From: Gemmatimonadales bacterium
Lineage (GTDB): Bacteria > Gemmatimonadota > Gemmatimonadetes > Gemmatimonadales > GWC2-71-9
Assembly (NCBI GenBank): GCA_037189525.1
Contig: JBBCJC010000005.1
Location: 88,412-152,411, forward strand
DNA: 64,000 nucleotides
Reading direction: 5' to 3'
Shown here: one piece after another, positions 41,176-50,541 of the stretch
How the letters are laid out: every line of letters starts with the position of its first letter
Position numbering within the stretch: the stretch's first letter is position 1
Position numbers and translations under genes: made by a program
The notes under the pieces: generated by a model
Databases searched by the model: none
What the model saw: only the letters and a program-made list of their open reading frames with translations
What the model was told of the DNA's origin: nothing

Positions 41176-42939
41176 TCAGGGCGCCAGAAGTCGTTGGTCG
41201 ACATAGCCTTGCACGGCTTGCTGCAGCACCCGCGTGATGCTCGCGACATCGGGCTCGAGGAGCGCCTGACGAGCCGCCTCCCGACTGACCGAGGCGGGAA
41301 CGTTCCGAACCATCCATTTGACCAGCGGAAGGGTCGGCGGCGCCACGCTCAGAATCTGGAAGCCCATCCCGACCAGCAGGACGGCGCTCAGCGGGTCCGA
41401 TGCCATTTCTCCGCAGATGCTGACCGGGATGCCCGCATCGCGGGCGGCCACGCGGATGTGCTCGAGCTGCCGGAGCACGGCCGGATCGAGCGGATTGAAA
41501 CGATCTGCCAGGTGCGCACTGCCCCGATCGACGGCCAGGGTGTATTGCGTCAGATCGTTGGTGCCGATACTGAAAAATTGCGACACCGCCGCCAGCCGAT
41601 CGGCCATCACGACGGCCGCCGGAGTTTCGATCATGACCCCGAGGTCGAGCGCAGCAGCCGTGCGGACCCCGTCGGCCGCAAGCCGCGCAGATTCTTCGCG
41701 GATCAGCTCGCGCGTGGCCAGCACTTCGTCGACGCGGGTAACCAGCGGCAACATGACCTTCACGTTCCGCTCCGCCGCAATCCGAAGGAGCGCCCGGAGC
41801 TGGGGCCGGAAGATCTCCGGCCGATCGAGACAGACCCGGATCGATCGCCAGCCCAGGAACGGATTCGACTCGGCGTGGGTCTCGAAGGCCGCCGGGAACT
41901 TGTCGCCCCCCAGGTCGTAGGTGCGGATCACGACCGGATGGTTGGGAAAGGCGGCGCAGACCCGGCGGAAGTACTCGAGCTGCTCCAGTTCGGTCGGCAC
42001 GTGGGCCCGTCCCGCCACCAGGAGCTCGGTGCGCAGCAGGCCGACCCCCTGCGCTCCGTGCCGCACCGCCATCTCGATTTCCTCGGGCAGATCGACGTTC
42101 CCCATCAGGGTCACCTCGACGCCGTCGGGGGTCACGGCCGGCTGGCTGGCGGCCCCTTCGAGGGCCAGGCCGAGCTTGAAGCGACGATTGGCCCGGGCGC
42201 GCGCGAGTTCGAGTTCGTCGGGCGTCGGATCGATCACCACCGTTCCGGTATAGCCGTCGATCAGCACCATGGTATCGGTGCGGATCCGGTTCATCGCTCC
42301 CGACGCTCCCATGACGGCCGGGATGCCGAGCGAGTGGGCCAGGATGGCGGCGTGGGAGGTACGGGTGCCCTCTTCGCTGACCAGGCCCAGCAACTGATCT
42401 CGATCGAGCTGGACCGTCAGCCCGGGCGACAACTCACGCGCCACGATGATGACGTGCTCCTGCCTGCGTACCGCGGCCAGCTCGTCGTCGGGCCGCCCCA
42501 TCAGTTGCCGGAGGGTATGGATCTGGACCGCGGTCAGGTCGGTGAGTCGTTCCCGCATCCGCTGATTGGCCATTTCGGCAAACGAGACGCGGAGTTCCAG
42601 CGCCTTGAACTCGTAGGCCGTTTCGGCGCTCAGATTGTTCTTCCGGATCAGGTGTTCGACCGCGTTGAGAAAATCGCGGTCCTGCGCCATCATGATCTGC
42701 GCTTCGAAGATCTGGGATTCTTCAAGACCGGCGGAGTGCAACACCCGCTCACGGAGATGATCGAGATGCCGAACCACCGCTTCGACGGCGACCCGAAGCC
42801 GTTCGACTTCTCCTTCGACTTCGTCCGGGGTGACCGAACGATCCGGCACGTCCGGAAACCTGCGCTCGAGCACCGCCACCGGCCCGTACGCAATGCCCGG
42901 CGATACCCCGACCGCGCGCAGGGTCCGTGACTCGGTCAT
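41176..42939 (-). CDS. ptsI: Phosphoenolpyruvate-protein phosphotransferase (PTS Enzyme I)
   Basis: 587 aa. Active-site region EEGTRTSHAAILAHSLGIPAV and C-terminal PEP-utilising motif FFSIGTNDLTQYTLAVDR. ATGA overlap with ptsH. Confidence 0.95.
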   Translation of the reverse strand: MTESRTLRAVGVSPGIAYGPVAVLERRFPDVPDRSVTPDEVEGEVERLRVAVEAVVRHLDHLRERVLHSAGLEESQIFEAQIMMAQDRDFLNAVEHLIRKNNLSAETAYEFKALELRVSFAEMANQRMRERLTDLTAVQIHTLRQLMGRPDDELAAVRRQEHVIIVARELSPGLTVQLDRDQLLGLVSEEGTRTSHAAILAHSLGIPAVMGASGAMNRIRTDTMVLIDGYTGTVVIDPTPDELELARARANRRFKLGLALEGAASQPAVTPDGVEVTLMGNVDLPEEIEMAVRHGAQGVGLLRTELLVAGRAHVPTELEQLEYFRRVCAAFPNHPVVIRTYDLGGDKFPAAFETHAESNPFLGWRSIRVCLDRPEIFRPQLRALLRIAAERNVKVMLPLVTRVDEVLATRELIREESARLAADGVRTAAALDLGVMIETPAAVVMADRLAAVSQFFSIGTNDLTQYTLAVDRGSAHLADRFNPLDPAVLRQLEHIRVAARDAGIPVSICGEMASDPLSAVLLVGMGFQILSVAPPTLPLVKWMVRNVPASVSREAARQALLEPDVASITRVLQQAVQGYVDQRLLAP

Positions 42940-43199
42940 TCGCCGAACCCTGAGGCAATCAAAGCAACCAGCGCGTCCATCGCGGCCGCTTCATCGGCGC
43001 CGTTGGTCCGGATCAGCAGCGAACTGCCCTGCTCCGCGGCAAGCATCATCACCCCCATGATGCTCTTGCCGTTGGTGGCCTGTCCGTCTTTTTCCAGTTC
43101 GATCTCACAGGCAAACCCCGCAGCCAGCTTAACCAGCTGCGCAGCCGGCCGCGCATGCAGGCCAAGCGAATTGACGATCGTCGCGGTGCGTTCGGTCAC
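42936..43199 (-). CDS. ptsH: Phosphocarrier protein HPr
   Basis: 87 aa with a GTG start. His-15 site NSLGLHARPA and Ser-46 site GKSIMGVMML are both present. Confidence 0.93.
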   Translation of the reverse strand: MTERTATIVNSLGLHARPAAQLVKLAAGFACEIELEKDGQATNGKSIMGVMMLAAEQGSSLLIRTNGADEAAAMDALVALIASGFGE

Positions 43200-43927
43200 G
43201 AAACACTCCAGTACCAGAGGAGGACGACAGCCATCGTTGCAAGGGTAATGATTCGCGCGCTGGGCACCCGAACCCGGACCAGCGCCGCCACCGTGCCGCC
43301 GGCCGCGCCCACGCTTGCCGCCGCGATACCGGAACTCGCCGCTCCGGGCACCAGCAGCCAGCGGATCACGAACGGCACCGACAGGGCGACGAGAAACCCC
43401 GCCGCCAGCCCCACCTGTCCGACCCGTTCGGGCAGCCGGGATCGTTTGAGCGCCGCGGCCACGTCGACCCCGGCATCGAAGCCGAGCTGTACGCCCCAGT
43501 ACGTGACATAGAGTCGGAGTAGCGCATAGCCCATCACGCCCGCAATCACAGCGGCGGGCCCGACCACGATCGCGCCCAGCAGCAGGATCGCCATGACCGC
43601 CGGCACCACGCCGATCCAGAAGAGCTGGTCGCCCAGCGCACCGAGCGGACCCGCCAGCGCCGTTTTGAGCCGCTGAACGGTCGTGCCCGGCTTACCGGCC
43701 AGCTCCGCGCGAGCCGCAGCACCCACGGCGATTCCCGCCAGGTACGGATGCGCGTTGAACAGTTCGGTCGACCGCGCCACCGCGGCCGCATGGCGCTCGG
43801 GATCGGCGCGCAGGTCGTCGAGCAGCGGCAGGCTGGCGTACCCGGTGCCGACACCCTGCATCCGCTCGTAGGTCCAGGAGCTCTGCAGAATCAGGAGCCG
43901 CGCCACCACCCGCCCGAGCGACGTCAT
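43196..43927 (-). CDS. PTS mannose/fructose/sorbose family IID component
   Basis: 243 aa. The motifs LQSSWTYERMQGVG, ELFNAHPYLAG and GPLGALGDQLFW are collinear with E. coli ManZ motifs (SWNFERMQ, FNTHPY, GPLAGVGDPIFW). Confidence 0.88.
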   Translation of the reverse strand: MTSLGRVVARLLILQSSWTYERMQGVGTGYASLPLLDDLRADPERHAAAVARSTELFNAHPYLAGIAVGAAARAELAGKPGTTVQRLKTALAGPLGALGDQLFWIGVVPAVMAILLLGAIVVGPAAVIAGVMGYALLRLYVTYWGVQLGFDAGVDVAAALKRSRLPERVGQVGLAAGFLVALSVPFVIRWLLVPGAASSGIAAASVGAAGGTVAALVRVRVPSARIITLATMAVVLLWYWSVS

Positions 43928-44589
43928 AAAACGGTCGCTCCGAGCACACCAACCGCCGTCCCCGCCGCGACCCAGCGCCAGCGCGGCCCCGACCTCGCAC
44001 TTGCCACCGCGCCGTGCGCCACCGACCAGGCGCCGCCGGCCAGCGCCACGGTGCTGAGCGCCGTACCGAGCACGACCGGCGGCAGCCAGCCGGTGGCCGC
44101 CACCAGCGCGCCCAGACCGACCGCGATCGCGCCGACCAACGCGCTCCGCCCCACATCATAGCCGAGACAGGTCCAATGGACCCGTGTCACCGCTGCCGCA
44201 TCGCCTCCGCTCAACCGGTCACTGAAGCGCTGCACCGTCACAGCGCAGAGCCGACGAGTCAACGGCAGCGTCACTCCGGCCGCCATACCCAGTATGATCC
44301 CGGCGGCGGTCGCAATACCAAGGACGACCGGCCAGTCGCGGCCCGCGGCAATCAGCGTGGCCGCTACGGTGGCCGCGCCGAAATCGGGATAGCGGGAGCT
44401 GCCGACCGGTACCACATCGAGTGCAAACAGTTCGAGCAAGGCGCCGACCCGAAGGCCAGCTTCGACATCACCGGCGAGGGCTCCAGCCCCGGCGCCAACG
44501 ACGAGCGGCCGAGAGAGCAGCGCCTGCAGCACGCTCACCAGGTCGAGCCCGGCCAGCGTGGCCCAGAGCCACAACATGGTCAGCGTCAC
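43924..44589 (-). CDS. PTS mannose family IIC component
   Basis: 221 aa, polytopic, with a GTG start overlapping the IIB stop. Assigned by position between IIB and IID and by a ManY-like hydrophobic profile (LLELFALDVVPVGSSRYPD). Confidence 0.82.
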   Translation of the reverse strand: MTLTMLWLWATLAGLDLVSVLQALLSRPLVVGAGAGALAGDVEAGLRVGALLELFALDVVPVGSSRYPDFGAATVAATLIAAGRDWPVVLGIATAAGIILGMAAGVTLPLTRRLCAVTVQRFSDRLSGGDAAAVTRVHWTCLGYDVGRSALVGAIAVGLGALVAATGWLPPVVLGTALSTVALAGGAWSVAHGAVASARSGPRWRWVAAGTAVGVLGATVL

Positions 44590-45062
44590 ACGCGAAGGTC
44601 TCCAACGTCGACCGGAGGCGAGGTGGGCAGATCCTGCGCCGATACGGCCACGCCCGCGGCCGCAAGCGACTGGAGGTCCGCCAGCTCGGCATCGGTCAGA
44701 TAGACGAACCGGAGGTATTCGCGACGCCCCGGCCCGGCATGCACGCCGCCCACGTTGACGGCGCGAATCCCGTGGAAGGCTCGCGCCAGATCGGCCATGG
44801 CAGCCACCGTCCCGGTCAGCACCAGCACCCGTTCGGGGCCGGCCGCCAGTACCGCCAGCCGAGCCGGCGCGTCGTCGGGACTGAGGAACTCGACCGCGAT
44901 CCCGTCGGGTGCGGCCATCCGGTAGAGATCCTGTTCGAAGTCACTCGCCGCCACCTCGGCGTCCACCAGGACGACCCGGCCGATCTCGTAGGGACGTCCC
45001 CACCCGATCACCACCTGGCCGTGGATCAGCCGGTCGTCGATCCGGGCGACGACAATGCCCAC
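44586..45062 (-). CDS. PTS mannose family IIB component
   Basis: 158 aa with a GTG start. N-terminus IVVARIDDRLIHGQVV carries the phospho-His signature of IIB-Man. Confidence 0.88.
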   Translation of the reverse strand: MGIVVARIDDRLIHGQVVIGWGRPYEIGRVVLVDAEVAASDFEQDLYRMAAPDGIAVEFLSPDDAPARLAVLAAGPERVLVLTGTVAAMADLARAFHGIRAVNVGGVHAGPGRREYLRFVYLTDAELADLQSLAAAGVAVSAQDLPTSPPVDVGDLRV

Positions 45063-45437
45063 CTAGCGCACTCCGACGGCCCGGGAGCCGGTATCGATGA
45101 TCCGGCGCACCGCGTCGTCGAGCGGCAACTCGCGCCGGAAGACGAACTCGACCAGCATTGCGAGATTGACGCCGGTGATGACCCGGACATCGTCGCGTCC
45201 CGCGAGTTCACGGGCCGCCGCCAGCAGGCACGACCCCGCCGGCATGTCGACGAAGAGGATGCCCGGCCCCGCCGGCAGCGCCTGGGCAACCCGCTGCTGA
45301 AGCAGGCCCTTGTCGCAGCCGTCGTTGGAAATCGGCACCAGCGCGCCGCGGACGCCGCTGACCGACTCAGCCGCCGCCACCAGTGCCGCCGCGAGTTCGC
45401 CGTGGCACACGACGACACCCCGCAGAGGCTGGCTCAT
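45063..45437 (-). CDS. PTS mannose family IIA component
   Basis: 124 aa. GVVVCHGELAAALV matches the IIA-Man N-terminal His loop (usually THG). GILFVDMPAGS is equivalent to the D.GGSP region. Confidence 0.85.
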   Translation of the reverse strand: MSQPLRGVVVCHGELAAALVAAAESVSGVRGALVPISNDGCDKGLLQQRVAQALPAGPGILFVDMPAGSCLLAAARELAGRDDVRVITGVNLAMLVEFVFRRELPLDDAVRRIIDTGSRAVGVR

Positions 45438-46399
45438 TCGTAGTCCTCTTGGAGATACTCCCGCAAGCCGCGCTGCTCTTTCATCCGCTTGATCAGGCGA
45501 TCGTTGAATGCGGTGGCCGAATCGACGCCGGTCAGTCGCAGCAGGTGGGTCATGGCCACCACTTCCGAAATGACCGTGAGGTTCTTGCCCGGGTTGAGCG
45601 GCACCACGACCTTGGGCACCTTGACGCCGAGTACCGTGGTTTCGACCCGTGACAGGCCGGTGCGGTCGACCTCCCCGGCGTTGTTCCAGTCTTCCAAATG
45701 GACGATCACCTCGATCCGCTTCTGCTGACGCACGGCGCGGATCCCGAAGAGCGCCGGAATGTCGATCAGCCCGATCCCGCGAATCTCCATGTGATGCGCC
45801 GCCAGATCATGCCCGCGGCCGATCAGCACCTCGGTGCCGCGCAGCGTGGCAATCACGACATCATCGGCAACCAGACGGTGACCGCGCTCGACCAGATCGA
45901 GCACGCATTCGCTCTTGCCGATGCCGCTGCGGCCCGTGAAGAGCAACCCGACACCGTAGACGTCGGCCAGCGAGCCGTGCAGCGTCGTGGTCGGCGCAAA
46001 GGCCGCCTCGATGATCGGCTTGACCGCCCGATAAAACTCGGCCGTCTTGAGGGTGGTCCTGAGGACGGCAATGCCCCGTTCCCGCGCCGCCGTGATCATC
46101 GGCTCGGGCGGACTCTGCCCCTTGGTGATGAACACCCCGGGCAGATCGAAACTGAAGAATTGGGTCAGGACGTTGCGTCGAAAGTCTTCGGGCAGCGACG
46201 AGAGATAGCTGATTTCCGTCTCACCCAGGACGTGGAGCCGTTCGGGCACGAATCGACCCGTGTATCCGGCCAGCACCAGTCCCGGGCTCGAGATGTCGGC
46301 TTCCTGGAGCGCCCGGTCCAGCCCGACCTCCCCTGTCAGCGATTCGAGCTGCAGAGGATTGCCGCGCCGGACCAGGAGCTCCCGAAGCCGTAAGGTCAC
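45434..46399 (-). CDS. hprK: HPr kinase/phosphorylase
   Basis: 321 aa with a GTG start. Walker A GRSGIGKSECVLDLVERGHRLVADD and the MEIRGIGLIDI signature are present. Confidence 0.95.
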   Translation of the reverse strand: MTLRLRELLVRRGNPLQLESLTGEVGLDRALQEADISSPGLVLAGYTGRFVPERLHVLGETEISYLSSLPEDFRRNVLTQFFSFDLPGVFITKGQSPPEPMITAARERGIAVLRTTLKTAEFYRAVKPIIEAAFAPTTTLHGSLADVYGVGLLFTGRSGIGKSECVLDLVERGHRLVADDVVIATLRGTEVLIGRGHDLAAHHMEIRGIGLIDIPALFGIRAVRQQKRIEVIVHLEDWNNAGEVDRTGLSRVETTVLGVKVPKVVVPLNPGKNLTVISEVVAMTHLLRLTGVDSATAFNDRLIKRMKEQRGLREYLQEDYE

Positions 46400-46710
46400 T
46401 GACGGATGCTCGCCTCCCGGCGATCCCGCCGGGCCTGAGTAGTTGATCGTTCGAGTTGCCGGCGGATCTTGTTTTCCGCCCGATCGAGCGCCGTGCGGTG
46501 ATCCGGACCTACTGCGGAACCGACCAGTACCTGACCACGCCGGACATGGAGTCGCACTTCAGCCTGATGCCCCTCGGGAACTACGTCGAAGACTACCTGG
46601 CTCTCCAGTGTATGTGGCGAGAAATGCTCGAGACGGTCCATGACGGAAATGGCACGTTCACGAAGCAGATCCGTGATTTCACAGTGGCGGGCAGTGACGG
46701 TCGTCATCAT
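46396..46710 (-). CDS. hpf: Ribosome hibernation promoting factor / RaiA family (short form)
   Basis: 104 aa. ITDLLRERAISVMDRLEHF...AEVRLHVRRGQVLVGSAVGPDHRTALDRAENKIRRQLER fits the sigma-54 modulation protein / S30EA fold pattern. Confidence 0.9.
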   Translation of the reverse strand: MMTTVTARHCEITDLLRERAISVMDRLEHFSPHTLESQVVFDVVPEGHQAEVRLHVRRGQVLVGSAVGPDHRTALDRAENKIRRQLERSTTQARRDRREASIRQ

Positions 46711-47837
46711 GTCGTTTCTCCTCGGGTTGCACGATCGATGATTTCCTGCAGGTGCCGTTCGGTTCGAGCCGCCGCGTCCTCCCAGGTCCAGCGCGCTGCA
46801 TGCTGCCGAGCCGCAGCGCCCAGGCGGGCCACCGTGGCAGGCTCAGACACCATTGCCAGCATTTGCCGGGCCAGGGCGACGGGGTCGCCGTGTGGCACCA
46901 GAAGGCCAGTCTCGCCTGCCCGCACGGAATCCCGCAGGCCGGGACTGTCCGACGCAATGGAAGGGGTTCCACATGCCGCCGCCTCCATTACGGTGATGCC
47001 CCATCCCTCCTTGGGTGAAGGAAATAGATTTGCCCAGGTCGTGCGCAGGAGCCTGAGCTTGACGGCCTCGTCGACGAACCCGTGAAATCGAACCGATTTC
47101 CCGAGGCCGAGCGAGGCAACCAGCGCCTCCAGACGGGGGCGGTCGTCGCCGGCGCCGGCAATGTCCAGCCGGACCTCCGGGCGATCACGATGTACCAGGG
47201 CCAGGGCCCGAATGGCCAGGTCCACGCCCTTATACCGCTTCAAACGCCCTACGTATAAGAAGGAGGGAGGATCGGAACGGTCAAGGGCCGGGTCCGGGCT
47301 GAACCGGTCCGGATCGATTCCCGGATGGATGACCGTAATTCGGTCCCTGGGAACACCCCGGGCCACCAGGTCATCCCGGGTGCTCTCGCTGATGACATGA
47401 AACCACGACCGCCGGTAGGCCAGCGGCATCAACCGCTCGGCGAGCACGACAGCGGTGGCCATGGGCCACGACGCCTCGTGGTACGCAGTGGTTCCGAAGA
47501 GGTGCGGGACGATGACGCAGGACGGGATATCGACGCCAGCTGCGCAGTAGAGCGGCAGCTTGTTGACGTCTTCGACCAGGATATCGTAGGAGCCGGTGCG
47601 AAGCGCCCGGCGGACCGCCGCGCGGCCGCGTAGCGCAAAGCTGTGCCGGCCGCCGTGCCGCTCGATCGTAATGCCGTCGCGAACGGCCGTCGGCGCGCCG
47701 CCGGGCCAGCCGGCGCAGACCAGATGGACCTGGTGCCCTCGGGCGGCCAGACGGCTGAAGAGTTCGAACAGGTGGATTTCGGCTCCACCCGCGTAGGGAT
47801 TGTCGAGGTCCTGCCAGTTGAACAGCAGGATCCTCAC
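46707..47837 (-). CDS. Glycosyltransferase family 4 (GT-B, RfaB-like)
   Basis: 376 aa with a GTG start. MRILLFNWQDLDNPYAGGAEIHLFELFSRLAARGHQVHLV, and the C-terminal FPSPKEGWGITVMEAAACGTPSIASD (EX7E region). Confidence 0.88.
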   Translation of the reverse strand: MRILLFNWQDLDNPYAGGAEIHLFELFSRLAARGHQVHLVCAGWPGGAPTAVRDGITIERHGGRHSFALRGRAAVRRALRTGSYDILVEDVNKLPLYCAAGVDIPSCVIVPHLFGTTAYHEASWPMATAVVLAERLMPLAYRRSWFHVISESTRDDLVARGVPRDRITVIHPGIDPDRFSPDPALDRSDPPSFLYVGRLKRYKGVDLAIRALALVHRDRPEVRLDIAGAGDDRPRLEALVASLGLGKSVRFHGFVDEAVKLRLLRTTWANLFPSPKEGWGITVMEAAACGTPSIASDSPGLRDSVRAGETGLLVPHGDPVALARQMLAMVSEPATVARLGAAARQHAARWTWEDAAARTERHLQEIIDRATRGETT

Positions 47838-48247
47838 AAGAGGCCGAGGCTCCTGGCTACCCGGTCGAGCACTCCGTTGACGAACGGCGGCGACTGGGGC
47901 GTCCCGAACCGATGCGCCACCCAGAGCGCCTCGTCGATGGCCACTCGCGGCGGCACCTGCCCGCTGCGCAGTTCATGCGCACCGATCCGGAGGATGTTGC
48001 GGTCGATCGCGGCCAGGCGTTCGATCCGCCAGTTGTCGGTGGCCTGCTGCAGCACGGCATCCAGCTCGCCGCGCGCATCCCAGACCTCCTGCGCCAGCCG
48101 CTCGGCCAGATCCAGTACCGTCGGCTCCGGCCCCGTCAGGCGCGCCAGGCCGGGCACGACACTCGCGAGCGGACGGTCGAGCGTTTCCGCCGCATAGAGC
48201 AACTGCAGGGCGCGGGCGCGGCCCCGGGTTTCGGTACGGAGCCTCAT
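47834..48247 (-). CDS. nusB: Transcription antitermination factor NusB
   Basis: 137 aa. RGRARALQLLYAAE...ERLAAIDRNILRIGAHEL...AIDEALWVAHRFG...FVNGVLD is the typical NusB motif order. Confidence 0.93.
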   Translation of the reverse strand: MRLRTETRGRARALQLLYAAETLDRPLASVVPGLARLTGPEPTVLDLAERLAQEVWDARGELDAVLQQATDNWRIERLAAIDRNILRIGAHELRSGQVPPRVAIDEALWVAHRFGTPQSPPFVNGVLDRVARSLGLL

Positions 48248-48711
48248 GACGCCCTCACCTGGCGGATCACATCAGCCGCCCGAATCGCGGCCTCGGCCGC
48301 TTCATATCCCTTGTTGCCGGCCGAACCGCCGGCGCGCTCGAGCGCCTGCGCCATGGTATCGACCGTGAGCAGGCCGAACCCGACCGGCAGGGCGCGGGTC
48401 GTGGACACCGCACCGAGCGCGCGCGAGGTCTCGCCGGCGACGAACTCGAAGTGCGGCGTCTCACCCCGAATCACCACTCCGATGGCGACCAGTGCGGTAT
48501 ACCGATTCTGCTCGGCAAGCGCCGCCGTCACACTGCCCAGCTCGAAGGCGCCGCTCACCCAGACCACGTCGATGGCCGACTCGGCCACGCCGGCGTCGCG
48601 GCAACAGGCCAACGCCCCGTCGAGCAGCTTGGTCGTCACCCGCTCATGATAGCTGCTGACGACGATACCGATCCGGCCCGCGGCGCGGAGCTGACTGCGT
48701 AACTCGTTCAT
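48244..48711 (-). CDS. ribH: 6,7-dimethyl-8-ribityllumazine synthase
   Basis: 155 aa. Contains VPGAFELG-like WVSGAFELG, VIRGETPHFEFVA and GNKGYEAA motifs. Confidence 0.95.
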   Translation of the reverse strand: MNELRSQLRAAGRIGIVVSSYHERVTTKLLDGALACCRDAGVAESAIDVVWVSGAFELGSVTAALAEQNRYTALVAIGVVIRGETPHFEFVAGETSRALGAVSTTRALPVGFGLLTVDTMAQALERAGGSAGNKGYEAAEAAIRAADVIRQVRAS

Positions 48712-48718
48712 CGCTGCC

Positions 48719-49924
48719 TCAGTGACCGATCAGATGACCGAGCTTGTCGCGCTTGGTCGCAAGGTAGGCGCGATTGTCTTCGGTGGGCGGCAGCACCAGC
48801 GGCACCCGCTCCACGATCGACAGCCCGTAGGCATCGACACCCACCACCTTGCGCGGATTGTTGGTCATCAGACGAATGGTCGTGAGCCCCAGATCGCGCA
48901 GGATCTGGGCGCCGATGCCGTAGTTGCGCAGGTCGGGCGCAAAGCCGAGATCCTGATTGGCCTGCACCGTGTCGGCCCCGCTGTCCTGCAGCTCATAGGC
49001 GCGCAGTTTGTTGAGCAGCCCGATCCCGCGGCCCTCCTGATCGAGATAGACGATTACGCCCCGCCCCGCTTCAGCCACCTGGCGCATGGCGGCGTCAAGT
49101 TGTTCGCCGCAGTCGCAGCGCAGCGAATGGAAGACGTCGCCCGTCAGACACTTGGAGTGCATCCGGACCAGCAGGTTGGGCTGCCCTTCGGCATCGCCGT
49201 AGACCAGCGCGACATGCTCCGCGGCATCCACGTCGTTCCGATACCCGACGATCCGGAAAACCCCATACGGCGTCGGCAGCCGCGCTTCCGCAATCCGGTG
49301 GACCAGCCGCTCCTGCGTCAGCCGGTAAGCCACCAGCTGCGCCACCGTTACGAACGTCAGCCCATGTCGCTCGGCAAACTCGAACAGTTCGCCGCGTCGC
49401 GCCATGGTGCCGTCGGGATTCAGGATCTCGCAGATCACCGCCGCCGGGTTGAGTCCCGCCAGCCGCGCAAGATCTACCCCGGCCTCGGTCTGGCCCACCC
49501 GCTGCAGCACTCCGCCGGGCCGGGCCCGGAGCGGAAAGATGTGTCCCGGACGCCGGAGATCGTTCGGCTGCGTTTCCGGACGAATCGCCACCTGGATGGT
49601 GCGAGCCCGGTCGGCGGCCGAGATACCGGTCGTGACACCGAAACGCCGCTCGGCATCGATGCTGACCGTGAAGGCCGTTCCCATCGACTCCGAGTTTTCG
49701 AGCGTCATCTGCGGCAGCCCCAGCTGATCGCACCGCTCGGGCGTCAGGGTGAGACAGATCAGGCCGCGGCCATGAATCGTCATGAAGTTGATCAGGTCGG
49801 GCGTCACCAGTTCCGCCGCGGCGACCAGATCCCCTTCGTTTTCCCGATCTTCGTCGTCCGCCACGATGATGCACTTGCCGTTGCGGAGATCGCTGATTGC
49901 CTGCTCGATCGTTCCAAAACCCAT
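48719..49924 (-). CDS. ribBA: Bifunctional 3,4-dihydroxy-2-butanone-4-phosphate synthase / GTP cyclohydrolase II
   Basis: ORF 48719..49936 starts at GTG; the first ATG is 49924 ([17 protein letters not shown]). DHBPS motif [12 protein letters not shown] and the GCHII Cys cluster [18 protein letters not shown] are present. Confidence 0.95.
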   Translation of the reverse strand: MGFGTIEQAISDLRNGKCIIVADDEDRENEGDLVAAAELVTPDLINFMTIHGRGLICLTLTPERCDQLGLPQMTLENSESMGTAFTVSIDAERRFGVTTGISAADRARTIQVAIRPETQPNDLRRPGHIFPLRARPGGVLQRVGQTEAGVDLARLAGLNPAAVICEILNPDGTMARRGELFEFAERHGLTFVTVAQLVAYRLTQERLVHRIAEARLPTPYGVFRIVGYRNDVDAAEHVALVYGDAEGQPNLLVRMHSKCLTGDVFHSLRCDCGEQLDAAMRQVAEAGRGVIVYLDQEGRGIGLLNKLRAYELQDSGADTVQANQDLGFAPDLRNYGIGAQILRDLGLTTIRLMTNNPRKVVGVDAYGLSIVERVPLVLPPTEDNRAYLATKRDKLGHLIGH

Positions 49925-49943
49925 ATCTGCCTGCACACCGCCG

Positions 49944-50540
49944 CTAGCCGCGGCGACTCCCGACCAGATGTTTGACGTACTTTCCGATCACGTCGCCCTC
50001 GACGTGGACTCGACTGCCCCGCTCCAGACTCCCAAGCGTGGTCACCGCCAGGGTGTGGGGAATCAGCGAGATCTGAATGATACCGACTTTCGGGATTGCA
50101 TTCACCGTGAGACTGACCCCGGCCACGGTAATCGACCCGAGCGGAATCGAGACGGCCGCCACCGCCCGGGGCACCTTGAGATCGACCAGCCAGGCGTCGC
50201 CCGCGTGCCGGGTACCGGTCACGGTCGCAATCCCGTCGACATGGCCCTGGACCAGGTGGCCGCCCAGGCGGTCGCCCACTCGCGCGGCCCGTTCGAGGTT
50301 GACCCGGCTCCCCGGCGCCAATTCTCGCAGCAGGGTCCTCTCCAGCGTGGTCGCAATCGCATGGACCCGAAAGCCGCCCCGGACCCGCCGCTCGACCGTT
50401 AGGCAGGCCCCGTCGACCGCGATGCTCTCGCCGATTTCGAGCCCGCGATACGGCGCCCGGATGGTCAGATCGAGTCCCCCACTCTTCGTCGGCTTGGCAG
50501 CCTCGATCCGGCCGATGGCGGTAATGATCCCGGTGAACAT
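49944..50540 (-). CDS. ribE: Riboflavin synthase (alpha subunit)
   Basis: ORF 49944..50660 trimmed to ATG 50540, giving the canonical MFTGIITAIGRI start. Internal duplication is seen in GESIAVDGACLTV / GSITVAGVSLTV. Confidence 0.93.
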   Translation of the reverse strand: MFTGIITAIGRIEAAKPTKSGGLDLTIRAPYRGLEIGESIAVDGACLTVERRVRGGFRVHAIATTLERTLLRELAPGSRVNLERAARVGDRLGGHLVQGHVDGIATVTGTRHAGDAWLVDLKVPRAVAAVSIPLGSITVAGVSLTVNAIPKVGIIQISLIPHTLAVTTLGSLERGSRVHVEGDVIGKYVKHLVGSRRG

Positions 50541-50541
50541 C

